Counted from the first letter of the stretch, positions 1 through 8,140 are shown. The stretch is DNA of 32,000 nt from Acaryochloris marina S15 (GCF_018336915.1 NZ_CP064923.1:5190001-5222000); one strand, 5' to 3'. The notes: a model not told the origin generated them from the letters alone. Made by a program: numbers and translations.

Positions 1-29
1 GATGGCGAAAGCAGACACGGTATCGTGCG

Positions 30-1436
30 GTGGTCTATGATCCTAATCTTCGCTGCTGCCCTCTCATGATCTCTAAGGCAATCAGTCGTTATTTAGACCG
101 CTATGCCGAACCTATTGTCAGCATTATTCAAGATGAGTGGCTATCCACCCTCGACAAAACCTATCAATTTGTCCTCGTCCTTCCCCTCTTTGATGAAGCC
201 CTCAATTGTCTAGAGAGCATCTTGCCCCAAGACACTCACAACACCCTGGTTATTGCGGTGGTGAATGCTGCAGTGGATGCAGATATAGCTGCGATTCAAC
301 GGACCCAGGCATTCCTAGCCCAATTTTATCCTCACCCCCAGCTCCCCTTTACATCTGTGGATCAACCCTCGGGGAATACCCTGCTGCTGGTAGATTACTG
401 CACTCCCCCTCGACAACTTCCTCACAAACAGGGGGTAGGGCTAGCCCGCAAAATTGGGGGTGACATTGCTCTAGCCTGTATTGCAGCCAAGACCATCAAA
501 ACACCTTGGATTTACTGTAGCGATGGGGATGTGCAGCTACCGGAAGATTACTTTGACACGCCCAACTTTGGCCCGGATGTGGCTGCCGCCATTTATCCAT
601 TCAGGCACCACCCCCACCATTCAGATATTCTGCAATATGAAATTTCGCTCCGCTATTACGTTTTAGGATTAGCCCAGGCCGGTTCGCCCTATGCTTTTCA
701 CACTATTGGTAGTTTGCTGAAAATCAATGCTGAGCACTATGCCAAAGTCCGAGGTTTTCCCAAACGTCAGGCGGCGGAAGACTTCTACATGCTCAACAAG
801 CTGGCTAAAACAGGTCAGGTCATTCGATTAAAACAACCTACTGTAACCCTGTCTTCCCGGTCATCCCATCGAGTCCCCTTTGGCACGGGAGCAGCCATGG
901 TTAAACTGTCCCAGAAACCAGGCCTTTACTTATACCATCCCCAAATTTTTAGAGAATTGCAGGGTTGGCTAGAGCTGGATCAATGCTTATGGCAAGAGCT
1001 GCGACCCCATACACTACCTGACGCAAAGATGCATTTACAAGCATGGTGGGAACAAAAAAACCTAAAGCCGTCTTTATTAGAGACCTTGCTACACCTCAAA
1101 GTTGATCAAGCCCTCCAGCAAGCCTTCCAGCAGTGTCAAGATTTTCCTCATTTTCAGTTTTACCTGAGGGTTTGGTTTGATGCCTTTCGAACCCTCAAAT
1201 TTTTGCATTATCAAAGAGATCACTATTGGCCATCTCTACCGCTTCCAGAAGCGATCACTTTGCTCAGGCATTCCAATCCACTCAATCTATCTCAGAGTAA
1301 ATCGCATCAATCTACTGAAAATAGGCCAAATCTGCTGCTGTCTTCTCCAAAAATTCTCGATATTATGCAAGACTTATGCACGCTAGAGTTGCAACTACCC
1401 ACTCATGTAGGTCCTACTCAAAGTCTCAATCCATAG
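30..1436 (+). CDS. conserved hypothetical protein, GT-A (family-2-like) glycosyltransferase fold, tentative
   Basis: 468-aa ORF (GTG at 30, alternative ATG at 66). It has a DxD-like acidic motif (..IYCSDGDVQLPEDYF..) and a later ..AAEDFYMLNKLAKTG.. block. No TM segments. Fold assignment is by motif resemblance only. Confidence 0.4.
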   Translation: MVYDPNLRCCPLMISKAISRYLDRYAEPIVSIIQDEWLSTLDKTYQFVLVLPLFDEALNCLESILPQDTHNTLVIAVVNAAVDADIAAIQRTQAFLAQFYPHPQLPFTSVDQPSGNTLLLVDYCTPPRQLPHKQGVGLARKIGGDIALACIAAKTIKTPWIYCSDGDVQLPEDYFDTPNFGPDVAAAIYPFRHHPHHSDILQYEISLRYYVLGLAQAGSPYAFHTIGSLLKINAEHYAKVRGFPKRQAAEDFYMLNKLAKTGQVIRLKQPTVTLSSRSSHRVPFGTGAAMVKLSQKPGLYLYHPQIFRELQGWLELDQCLWQELRPHTLPDAKMHLQAWWEQKNLKPSLLETLLHLKVDQALQQAFQQCQDFPHFQFYLRVWFDAFRTLKFLHYQRDHYWPSLPLPEAITLLRHSNPLNLSQSKSHQSTENRPNLLLSSPKILDIMQDLCTLELQLPTHVGPTQSLNP

Positions 1437-1753
1437 TGAGAACAATACCTATATCAGCCCACTCATTTCAACAACGTTTTCAATAGACGTTGATAGGATA
1501 AATCGGAATCTATAGAGACCTTACAAATCAGGGTGATATGACTGCCAACCTAGTGGTCCCTCAGGTACGCACAAATCGGTAAAACTTTAGCAATACCAAT
1601 CCAGGCTACCGCCTGACCTATATCTGAAAGACTTTGTCCAGTGAGTTGTTGGAAGTGTGGCAATAGAAATGATTCGAGGACGGGAATTAATCGCTCACTA
1701 AGGCAATACGTGCAAGTGATATATCTGTATAAATCTTAAGGGGGTTCGCAATA

Positions 1754-2326
1754 ATGAAAGATCAGGAATATACACTTAGCATTCTCAAGATGGTTATCAT
1801 CAATGATTTAGAGAACCATCACATAGAAACCAGACAAGATTTAGAACGACTTGAATCCAAGCGAGATCAGTTGGTTTGGGAGATAGCCACTAAAATCTAT
1901 ACCTACAGTGGCCATAAAGTTGAGCTATCTACGGTTCGTGACTTGGTTACGATTCATCTGAAACAGAAAAGACGCCAAGTTTCTGCAGCCCAACATCTGG
2001 ACAGACATCCTCAGCCAAAAACGCCTATACGTTCCAATGTAGACTCCGTAAGATGGATATTTCTGAAGACGTGTTCAATCATTTGTAACTATACAGATGT
2101 CAATGCCCATCGAGTCAGTATGGCTAGCCGGATTGCCGATTTCGCTGATGAGAAGGAATTGACTCAGATTATCCGGGATCTAGAAGAAGTTTTTGATATT
2201 AAACTCCCCCATCAAGCGACGACCCAGATGAAAACGGTTCAACATCTAGTGGACGTGATTGGCTGCCAAATCAAACTCCAGTCTGACTATACAGCCGCTA
2301 ACTATGAATCAGCCATAGCAATATAA
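1754..2326 (+). CDS. hypothetical protein with C-terminal acyl-carrier-protein-like domain lacking the phosphopantetheine serine
   Basis: 190-aa ORF with an SD-like AAGGGGG 9 nt upstream of the ATG. The C-terminus ..RIADFADEKELTQIIRDLEEVFDIKLPHQATTQMKTVQHLVDVI aligns by eye to the ACP core ..[41 protein letters not shown], with DSLD replaced by DEKE. One hand-counted 60-nt line gave 35% GC. Confidence 0.5.
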   Translation: MKDQEYTLSILKMVIINDLENHHIETRQDLERLESKRDQLVWEIATKIYTYSGHKVELSTVRDLVTIHLKQKRRQVSAAQHLDRHPQPKTPIRSNVDSVRWIFLKTCSIICNYTDVNAHRVSMASRIADFADEKELTQIIRDLEEVFDIKLPHQATTQMKTVQHLVDVIGCQIKLQSDYTAANYESAIAI

Positions 2327-2450
2327 AATCACGCAGAAATTACATCAGAGTCATGCAAAAACCAAGTTTAGGGCGATAGATCCGTCCCCCTAATAGGGCA
2401 TAACTAGAATCAGATGTATTTCTGCCAAGAAAACATCACCACAATTTCAG

Positions 2451-2483
2451 AAAGCCCCATGACTAGAGTTGCGGGGCTTTTTA
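2451..2483. terminator. hairpin plus T-run between convergent genes (putative bidirectional terminator)
   Basis: AGCCCC (2453-2458) pairs with GGGGCT (2473-2478). It is preceded by AAA and followed by TTTTT, and sits between the stop at 2326 (+) and the stop at 2492 (-). Confidence 0.5.
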
Positions 2484-2491
2484 TCTTGATA

Positions 2492-2923
2492 TTAGTTTTT
2501 AGATAAAGGCTGTGAGAGTTCAGAGGAGTCTGGCTGCCGCGCCAGCTGTTGCTGGGCCAGCCAGTATCCCATCACAATTCCTAAACCGCTACACACTAGA
2601 TCTAGCGCGTCCAGGGAGCGAGTCGGTGCAAAAAACTGAGCCCCTTCTTCTGCTAAAGTCCATCCACTAAACGCGAGTACCCATAGGGGCAAACGATAAC
2701 GGCCTAATCGTAGGATAAAGGGATGTAATAGACGATGGCCTAGATAAGCGGCCACGCCATAGAGAATGACATGGCCCAACTTGTCATAGTAGGGAATGAC
2801 AGCCAGTTGAGACGGTAAATTTCCGGTATAGGCTAAAACCAATATCCAGCCAAACAGGGCGGCATAGAGAAGGGCTAGCCCTTTTAATCGCGGTTGCGAT
2901 CGCAGTTTCGAGGACATCAGCAA
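2492..2923 (-). CDS. VanZ-like family membrane protein
   Basis: 143 aa with about 4 hydrophobic helices. The YYDKLGHVILYG motif (DKxxH) is typical of VanZ-like proteins. Confidence 0.6.
   Translation of the reverse strand: MLMSSKLRSQPRLKGLALLYAALFGWILVLAYTGNLPSQLAVIPYYDKLGHVILYGVAAYLGHRLLHPFILRLGRYRLPLWVLAFSGWTLAEEGAQFFAPTRSLDALDLVCSGLGIVMGYWLAQQQLARQPDSSELSQPLSKN
2896..2903. repeat. HIP1 palindrome GCGATCGC
   Basis: perfect octamer read in sequence. Confidence 0.95.
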
Positions 2924-3002
2924 GCGGAAGTAGATTTAGAGGAGACTCCAATCTAGCCTCCGCTCTTGTTGAGTGCCCAGTATGAGGCGAAGCGAGGCCA
3001 CC

Positions 3003-3269
3003 TTAAACGTCGTAGACGCGGCACTCCTCAGCATTAGGGTTATCATCACAAAAGTCTTCGAACTGAGAAGGCTGTTCTTGCACTTTCTGATGAGAATATT
3101 CGGCTTGTAGCTCTTCAACAATATCCCAGGCCACTGCACAGGCTTTGGAAGTCGCACCTTCGCTAGCGCAAGTTTCACGAGCTTGGCTTAAAGCATCTTC
3201 CATGCGCTTTTCCATGGCTACAGGCTGCTCAAGGGTAGGAGTAGCCGTTTTCTCTAAAGTAAGGGGCAT
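3003..3269 (-). CDS. cp12: CP12 (Calvin-cycle GAPDH/PRK regulator), paralog 1
   Basis: It has an N-terminal Cys pair (CASEGATSKAC), the core AWDIVEELQAE and a C-terminal Cys pair (CDDNPNAEEC) followed by RVYDV. The start could instead be the internal ATG at 3215 (MEKRMEDAL..). Confidence 0.85.
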   Translation of the reverse strand: MPLTLEKTATPTLEQPVAMEKRMEDALSQARETCASEGATSKACAVAWDIVEELQAEYSHQKVQEQPSQFEDFCDDNPNAEECRVYDV

Positions 3270-3457
3270 TTTGAATCACATTCCTATCATTGTGGTCAGA
3301 GTTGAGTCTTATTGAAGTAAAATCATCACTCTGAGAACTTCTCCTCTAACCTAGCTAGGCCATCCTCCTACCGACAGCGGTAGAAACCCGTAACTCCTCG
3401 ATCGGTTTATTCGGTAAAGACAAAATTAACTCAGTATTAGTACCGACCGATTGCACC

Positions 3458-4336
3458 CTAAACCATGGCTAAAATCTGCTCAATCATTCCCTGGGCTTGT
3501 GATGCATATCCTCCTCCAAACAAGTTGAAATGATTAAGGATGTGATACAGGTTGTAGAGAGTTTTACGCTGTTGATAGCCCTTATCTAAGGGCCAAGCCT
3601 CTTGATAACCCCTATAAAAGGCAGGCGGGAATCCCCCAAACAGCTCGGTCATGGCAATATCCACTTCTCGATCGCCATAGTAGGTGGCCGGGTCGAGGAT
3701 AATCGGTTCGCCCCCATGGCTGAAAGCCGCATTCCCTGACCACAGATCGCCATGTACCAAAGATGACTCGACAGGGTGGGTGAGCAATGCGGGAATTTTA
3801 TCCACTAAGGCATCCCCCTGGCGAAACTGTCCCCCGTGTCGTTGGGCCAGCTGGAGCTGGTAGCCAATCCGATGTTCAGCAAAAAATTCTCCCCAATGCT
3901 CAGTCCAGGGGTTGCGCTGAGGGGTTGCGCCAATCGTGTTGTTCTGATGCCAGCCAAAGCCTTGATCATGGGCTTGGCGATGCATCGCAGCCAGTTGTTG
4001 TCCCATGGCGAACCAAGTCTGGGCATCGCCATGGCCTAAAGGAATCCATTCTAGGATGATGTAACTTTGTCCTTCAGCAGCACCCCATCCTAAAGGCTTC
4101 GGCACCCGAATACTTTGGGAAGCCTGCATGTCTTTGAGACCCTCCGCCTCCGCTTCAAACATCGCCACTTTGCTGGCCTGATTGAGCTTGACGAAATAGT
4201 GTTCCTGGCCATCACTCACCTGATACGCCTGATTGATACTGCCACCGCCGACGGAATTGCGAGTTGCGATCGCAAATTCCTGCCCTTGCACCTGACTAAT
4301 CTGGTGCTGAATCTCAGTCCATACAGACATACCCAT
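3458..4336 (-). CDS. fructosamine/ketosamine-3-kinase family protein
   Basis: 292 aa. It has the kinase-like catalytic region ..LVHGDLWSGNAAF.. and ..DPATYYGDREVDIAM.., typical of the FN3K family. AGGAG at 4337-4341 fits the third-codon ATG (4330) better as the true start. Confidence 0.85.
   Translation of the reverse strand: MGMSVWTEIQHQISQVQGQEFAIATRNSVGGGSINQAYQVSDGQEHYFVKLNQASKVAMFEAEAEGLKDMQASQSIRVPKPLGWGAAEGQSYIILEWIPLGHGDAQTWFAMGQQLAAMHRQAHDQGFGWHQNNTIGATPQRNPWTEHWGEFFAEHRIGYQLQLAQRHGGQFRQGDALVDKIPALLTHPVESSLVHGDLWSGNAAFSHGGEPIILDPATYYGDREVDIAMTELFGGFPPAFYRGYQEAWPLDKGYQQRKTLYNLYHILNHFNLFGGGYASQAQGMIEQILAMV
4266..4273. repeat. HIP1 palindrome GCGATCGC
   Basis: perfect octamer read in sequence. 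Confidence 0.95.
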
Positions 4337-4351
4337 CTCCTAGACCCTGAC

Positions 4352-4385
4352 AGAAAAAAGACAACCTCAATGAGGTTGTCTTTTC
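4352..4385 (-). terminator. intrinsic terminator downstream of cp12 paralog 2
   Basis: Near-perfect palindrome AAGACAACCTCA/TGAGGTTGTCTT (4358-4382). On the minus strand the stem is followed by a T6 run (complement of A54-A59). It lies 38 nt after the cp12 stop and only about 16 nt before the fructosamine-kinase start. Confidence 0.7.
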
Positions 4386-4422
4386 GAAGAAGCTAATGAA
4401 TCAATACCTTAAGCTGGAATGC

Positions 4423-4650
4423 TTAGTCATCATAAATCCGGCACTCAGCAGCATCGGGATTATCATCACAATATTTCTCGAGGGAGTTCTTGTCTTCATT
4501 ATTGTCTTTGCGCTGGTGGGACGCTTCTGCTTGCAGCTCTTCCACGGCATCCCAGGCTGCTGCACACTCACCAGAAGTAGCGCCACTCGTATCACAAGTC
4601 TCTCGGGCTTGTGTTAGTTCATTTTCAATTTTTTCTTGAATATTGCTCAT
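4423..4650 (-). CDS. cp12: CP12, paralog 2
   Basis: 75 aa with CDTSGATSGEC, AAWDAVEELQAE and CDDNPDAAEC followed by RIYDD. This is the canonical two-disulfide CP12 layout. Confidence 0.9.
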   Translation of the reverse strand: MSNIQEKIENELTQARETCDTSGATSGECAAAWDAVEELQAEASHQRKDNNEDKNSLEKYCDDNPDAAECRIYDD

Positions 4651-4882
4651 AGGTCAATTCTCAACCACTCTTATCTATGTGTTTATCTGAGCGAACGACA
4701 GTATTTGTTACTGCAGTTAGGTCATGCAAAGGAGCTTCTGGCTTAATGCATTTAGTGTAACTATATCTCACAGTAATTGACCGAACCGAGAAATGAGGTC
4801 CCCTTTAACACTGTTTTAGGAATGTCTTAGCAATGGGCTAGATCAAGCTCTCAGCAGAGCAAAGCGGTTATTGCTGCATTAT

Positions 4883-4898
4883 TGTAAATAGGGTTACA
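4883..4898 (+). promoter_or_regulatory. TGTA-N8-TACA palindrome (NtcA/CRP-family type), upstream box
   Basis: Read directly as TGTA aatagggt TACA. It is centred 32 bp upstream of the second box. Confidence 0.4.
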
Positions 4899-4914
4899 CA
4901 ATTTTTTACGAAGC

Positions 4915-4930
4915 TGTAGCGCAGCCTACA
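4915..4930 (+). promoter_or_regulatory. TGTA-N8-TACA palindrome positioned as in NtcA-activated class II promoters
   Basis: Read directly as TGTA gcgcagcc TACA. Counted from the core TAC (ending 4929), 23 nt follow before TATACT (4953-4958), which matches GTA-N8-TAC-N22/23-TAN3T. Confidence 0.5.
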
Positions 4931-4952
4931 ACCTATTTATGGCAAGCATAGA

Positions 4953-4958
4953 TATACT
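4953..4958 (+). promoter_or_regulatory. -10 hexamer TATACT (TAN3T)
   Basis: It lies 23 nt downstream of the TAC of the 4915-4930 box and about 30 nt upstream of the ATG at 4989. Confidence 0.45.
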
Positions 4959-4988
4959 TCATGAGTATCGAAGCTAGCGGAGTCTGAC

Positions 4989-5132
4989 ATGACTACTATC
5001 TGCGACAATACCGACCAAACAGAGCTCTTGCGATTCTGGGTTCGAGAACTGACTCACTTCTCTCCCCATGAAGTGGATGCAGTGGTAACAGCCCTAAGTC
5101 AAGAAAAGGCCACTCTCAATCCTGCTTCTTAA
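4989..5132 (+). CDS. small protein (47 aa), not in supplied ORF track
   Basis: ATG at 4989 is preceded by GGAG (4979-4982, 6-nt spacer). The ORF reads MTTICDNTDQTELLRFWVRELTHFSPHEVDAVVTALSQEKATLNPAS with TAA at 5130-5132. It is flanked by the promoter-like elements above and a terminator at 5164-5203. Confidence 0.45.
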   Translation: MTTICDNTDQTELLRFWVRELTHFSPHEVDAVVTALSQEKATLNPAS

Positions 5133-5163
5133 GCTGGATAGTGCCAAATCATGACTCGTCATA

Positions 5164-5203
5164 AACCGATGGTTTGAGCCTCTCACCCATCGGTTCGTTT
5201 TTT
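5164..5203 (+). terminator. intrinsic terminator after the 47-codon ORF
   Basis: 9-bp stem AACCGATGG (5164-5172) / CCATCGGTT (5187-5195) with a 14-nt loop, followed by CGTTTTTT (T6 at 5198-5203). Confidence 0.6.
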
Positions 5204-5272
5204 CTCAAACCCCCATTTCCGTGGTTGTTCAACTCTGTTAGACTGCTGGGGTTATACACTCGGTCTTTCTCG

Positions 5273-6361
5273 TTGGTTTCTGCGGGTCAATCCTATCGAT
5301 TACTCTTTGTCTCTACACCCTTAGGCCCTTTAGGATCCGGGGTAGGGGGAGGTGTAGAACTCACTCTACTGAATATGCTGGATGCGTTAACCCAGCAGGG
5401 TCACCAAGTCCAAGTGCTTGCCCCTCAGCAGTCTCGGCTGCCCCAAACTGAGGTAATCACCGTAGCTGGATCTCCCCAAATTCCAGCCCAAACCCAAACC
5501 CGGCAGACTCCAATTCATCTTCCTGAAAACTCAGTTCTAGGCAATATGTGGTTGCAGGTTTTGGCCCTACAATCCCAGTTTGATCTGATCATCAATTTTG
5601 CCTATGATTGGCTCCCTCTCTACTTAACGCCTTTTTTAGAAACTCCTGTTGCTCATCTGATCAGCATGGGGTCCCTCTCCGATGCGATGGATCAAATGAT
5701 TGGTCAGACTGCTGACCAATTTCCCCAGTCCATTGGTGTCCATACCCGAGCCCAGGCGAATACTTTTCCCTTCGCCCAGCATTGCTATCCTGTGGGCAAT
5801 GGTTTCAATTTAGATCTCTACACATTCACCCCTGATCCAAAAGACTATTTATGCTGGCTGGGACGCATCGCCCCTGAAAAAGCCTTGGAAGATGCGGTAG
5901 CCGCAGTCGATCAAACAGGCCAGACCCTCAAAATTATGGGCCATATTCAAGAGCAAGCCTATTTTGATCAAATTCAGGCTCAATTTCCCCATGCCAACAT
6001 TGACTATCTAGGGTTTCTCGATACCACTGCAATGCAAGAAGTCTTGCGCCATAGTCAAGGCTTGTTAGTGACACCGCGCTGGGTGGAAGCCTTTGGCAAT
6101 GTCGTCATTGAAGCTCTAGCCTGCGGTGTTCCAGTGCTTGCCTATAATCGAGGCGGTCCGGCGGAAATCATCCAGTCCGGCAAAACAGGCTGGTTAGTGG
6201 AACCTGATAGCGTCGATGGCTTAGTAGCAGCCATTCATAAACTGCCCAAGATTGATCGACAAGTCTGTCGCCAGCAGGCCGAGCAGGAGTATTCTCTGAC
6301 GGCCTTTGCCCAGCGCCTTGAGCAGTGGTTTGACCGAATTCTGTCTCAACCGGGTCAATAA
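5273..6361 (+). CDS. GT4-family (GT-B) glycosyltransferase, possibly UDP-glucose:tetrahydrobiopterin glucosyltransferase-like
   Basis: The N-terminus ..YRLLFVSTPLGPLGSGVGGGVELT.. and the C-terminal E-x7-E region ..EAFGNVVIEALACGVPVLAYNRGGPAEII..GWLV are typical of GT4. The track start (TTG 5174) lies inside the terminator hairpin, so I prefer the in-frame TTG at 5273 (5225 is also possible). The specific substrate is from memory of the family only. Confidence 0.75.
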   Translation: MVSAGQSYRLLFVSTPLGPLGSGVGGGVELTLLNMLDALTQQGHQVQVLAPQQSRLPQTEVITVAGSPQIPAQTQTRQTPIHLPENSVLGNMWLQVLALQSQFDLIINFAYDWLPLYLTPFLETPVAHLISMGSLSDAMDQMIGQTADQFPQSIGVHTRAQANTFPFAQHCYPVGNGFNLDLYTFTPDPKDYLCWLGRIAPEKALEDAVAAVDQTGQTLKIMGHIQEQAYFDQIQAQFPHANIDYLGFLDTTAMQEVLRHSQGLLVTPRWVEAFGNVVIEALACGVPVLAYNRGGPAEIIQSGKTGWLVEPDSVDGLVAAIHKLPKIDRQVCRQQAEQEYSLTAFAQRLEQWFDRILSQPGQ

Positions 6362-7255
6362 ATGAAAGCCTGTCAGATCCCTCCTTTTGTGCAGCCGGGC
6401 GATGACCTCTGGGTAACAATGCCCAGTGGCACCCTCAGAGAACGGCAGGATTTTGATCAAGGGGTATCGGTGTTGCGATCGCAACACTACATCGTCCACC
6501 TTTCCCCAAACGTCACCGCCCAGTGGGGCTATCTCGCAGGAACTGATACTCAGCGAAGACAATCCCTCACTGCAGGTCTTAAAGGCGACTATACAGGCAT
6601 CTTTTGCGGCCGGGGCGGCTATGGCGGAGCTAGGCTTTTAGAAGAGTGGGAATGGCCCCCTTCCCCTCCCAAATGGCTGGTGGGTTTTTCCGATGTTACG
6701 GCTCTGCTTTGGGGACTTGCCACCCAAGGAGTCGCTAGTGTTCACGGTCCCGTCATGACCACCTTGGCCCAGGAACCAGACTGGTCCCAGCAGCGACTTT
6801 TTGATTGGCTTGCCGGTCGCCCCATTCCAGCCCTGACGGGCAAAGGCTGGGGGCAAGGCAAAGCAACCGGTATTTTATTGCCCGGAAATTTGACGGTGGC
6901 AACCCATATCTTGGGAACGCCTCTCTGCCCCCATCTAGACCAGGTGATCTTGGCCTTAGAAGATGTGGGGGAAGCTCCCTATCGGCTGGATCGAATGCTG
7001 ACCCAATGGCGCATGAGTGGGGTATTTAAGCAGGTAAAGGGCATTGCCTTAGGGCGCTTTAGTGATTGCAACGTCCCTGCCGGGATTCCCAGCTTAACGG
7101 TGGAAGAAGTCCTCCGAGATCGCTTGGGGGATTTAGATATCCCGATTGTGTCAGATTTACCCTTTGGCCATGGCGCTCCCAACGCGGCCCTACCTGTGGG
7201 CATACCCGCCCAGTTGGATGGAGATCAGGGCCTGTTGACCGTTGGCACTCCCTAG
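6362..7255 (+). CDS. ldcA: LD-carboxypeptidase (peptidase S66, muramoyltetrapeptide carboxypeptidase-like)
   Basis: It has the nucleophile motif GFSDVTAL, then ..LEDVGEAPYRLDRML.. and ..LPFGHG.. (Ser-Glu-His triad context). The ATG directly abuts the TAA of the upstream gene. Confidence 0.85.
   Translation: MKACQIPPFVQPGDDLWVTMPSGTLRERQDFDQGVSVLRSQHYIVHLSPNVTAQWGYLAGTDTQRRQSLTAGLKGDYTGIFCGRGGYGGARLLEEWEWPPSPPKWLVGFSDVTALLWGLATQGVASVHGPVMTTLAQEPDWSQQRLFDWLAGRPIPALTGKGWGQGKATGILLPGNLTVATHILGTPLCPHLDQVILALEDVGEAPYRLDRMLTQWRMSGVFKQVKGIALGRFSDCNVPAGIPSLTVEEVLRDRLGDLDIPIVSDLPFGHGAPNAALPVGIPAQLDGDQGLLTVGTP
6475..6482. repeat. HIP1 palindrome GCGATCGC
   Basis: perfect octamer read in sequence. Confidence 0.95.
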
Positions 7256-7321
7256 GAATCTTGCCTAAGTCTCCAAACCAGTACGCTATCGTAACAGGTA
7301 GAGACCATAGGGACCCTAGGC

Positions 7322-8140
7322 ATGAACGAGCTGAGGCAGGCACTCGAATTAGCGACCGAGGAAGAATTACAAGACCTGACAGATTTGCTGTTTCGTCGCA
7401 AATATAACCCCCTAGATTATTTGCGAGAACCCACTCCTGGGCAAGTTCAAGCGACCAATCGCCAAGAGTGGTTAGCGGCCATCGAAAACCGCTTTCGCTT
7501 TGTGGCCGCCGATGGGTTTACGGTTCTGAAAGGGCAAACGGAAACTTTGAACTATCGCCAGATTTTGGTGCAAGTCAGCCGCCATTTGAAGATTCAGTAT
7601 TCACCCACCCTCTCCACCACAGATTTAGAAGCTGAGATCTACTTGCATTTGATCAAAGAAGCTTGGCAAAAATTACCCAAAAATCAGCAGGAGCAGCTCC
7701 GACAGCGGATCCAAACGGCGCTGGCTGATACTCCTGGGACTCCCTTGCCCGTCAACTGTCAAACGGATCCCCGGCGCTGGCTGCTGGAAGGAAGCAGCGC
7801 TTTAGCCGTATCATCAGTGTTGCGCCCCTTGCTGTTAAAGCAACTGGCGCGGCAATTTGCGGCTCAGATGGCAGTGTATCAAGTGGCTCGACAAGCAGCC
7901 CCCCAAATCGAAGGACAGTTAGCGGTGCAAGCAGCCCGACGCGGTATGGCTTGGAATGCAGCTCGATATGGGGTGATGCGCGGGGCATTGACGGTGGTGA
8001 GTTCAGCCCTTTGGGTTGGCTTATTTGCAGACCTGGGTTGGCGTGCGATCGCAACCAACTACGGACGGGTCATTCCAGTGATCTTTACTCTGGCCCAAAT
8101 TCGTTTAATTCGGGGGGAAACCTCTTGGCAATCTGTTTGA
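7322..8140 (+). CDS. conserved hypothetical protein, YaaW/UPF0174-like (tentative)
   Basis: 272 aa. The N-terminal ..EEELQDLTDLLF.., the mid ..NYRQILVQVSRHLKI.. and a hydrophobic C-terminus ..GWRAIATNYGRVIPVIFTLAQIRLIR resemble the layout of E. coli YaaW as I remember it. Confidence 0.45.
   Translation: MNELRQALELATEEELQDLTDLLFRRKYNPLDYLREPTPGQVQATNRQEWLAAIENRFRFVAADGFTVLKGQTETLNYRQILVQVSRHLKIQYSPTLSTTDLEAEIYLHLIKEAWQKLPKNQQEQLRQRIQTALADTPGTPLPVNCQTDPRRWLLEGSSALAVSSVLRPLLLKQLARQFAAQMAVYQVARQAAPQIEGQLAVQAARRGMAWNAARYGVMRGALTVVSSALWVGLFADLGWRAIATNYGRVIPVIFTLAQIRLIRGETSWQSV
8045..8052. repeat. HIP1 palindrome GCGATCGC
   Basis: perfect octamer read in sequence. Confidence 0.95.

Noticed and set aside
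1550-1735. 62-codon open frame on the minus strand in the 1437-1753 spacer (..SFLLPHFQQLTGQSLSDIGQAVAWIGIAKVLPICAYLRDH)
   Set aside because: It has no ATG or GTG, only one internal TTG, and no SD. It could be a gene remnant, but there is nothing to identify it.
2936-3178. 80-aa minus-strand ORF overlapping cp12 paralog 1
   Set aside because: It is an alternative frame of the CP12 gene. CP12 motifs unambiguously identify the other frame.
3787-4059. Three overlapping ORFs (3787-4059 +, 3805-4032 -, 3836-4039 +) inside the fructosamine-kinase gene
   Set aside because: They are fully nested in or antisense to a well-supported CDS. Their sequences are low-complexity or Arg/Pro/Gly-biased, typical of off-frame translation of GC-moderate coding DNA. 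No SD or recognisable motifs.
5174-5272. TTG start at 5174 for the GT4 glycosyltransferase (as in the ORF track)
   Set aside because: The first 30 nt would lie inside the stem-loop and T-tract of the terminator at 5164-5203. The encoded N-terminal 33 aa do not resemble GT4 N-termini, and the conserved fold begins at ..YRLLFVST.. An in-frame TTG at 5273 (or 5225) is more plausible.
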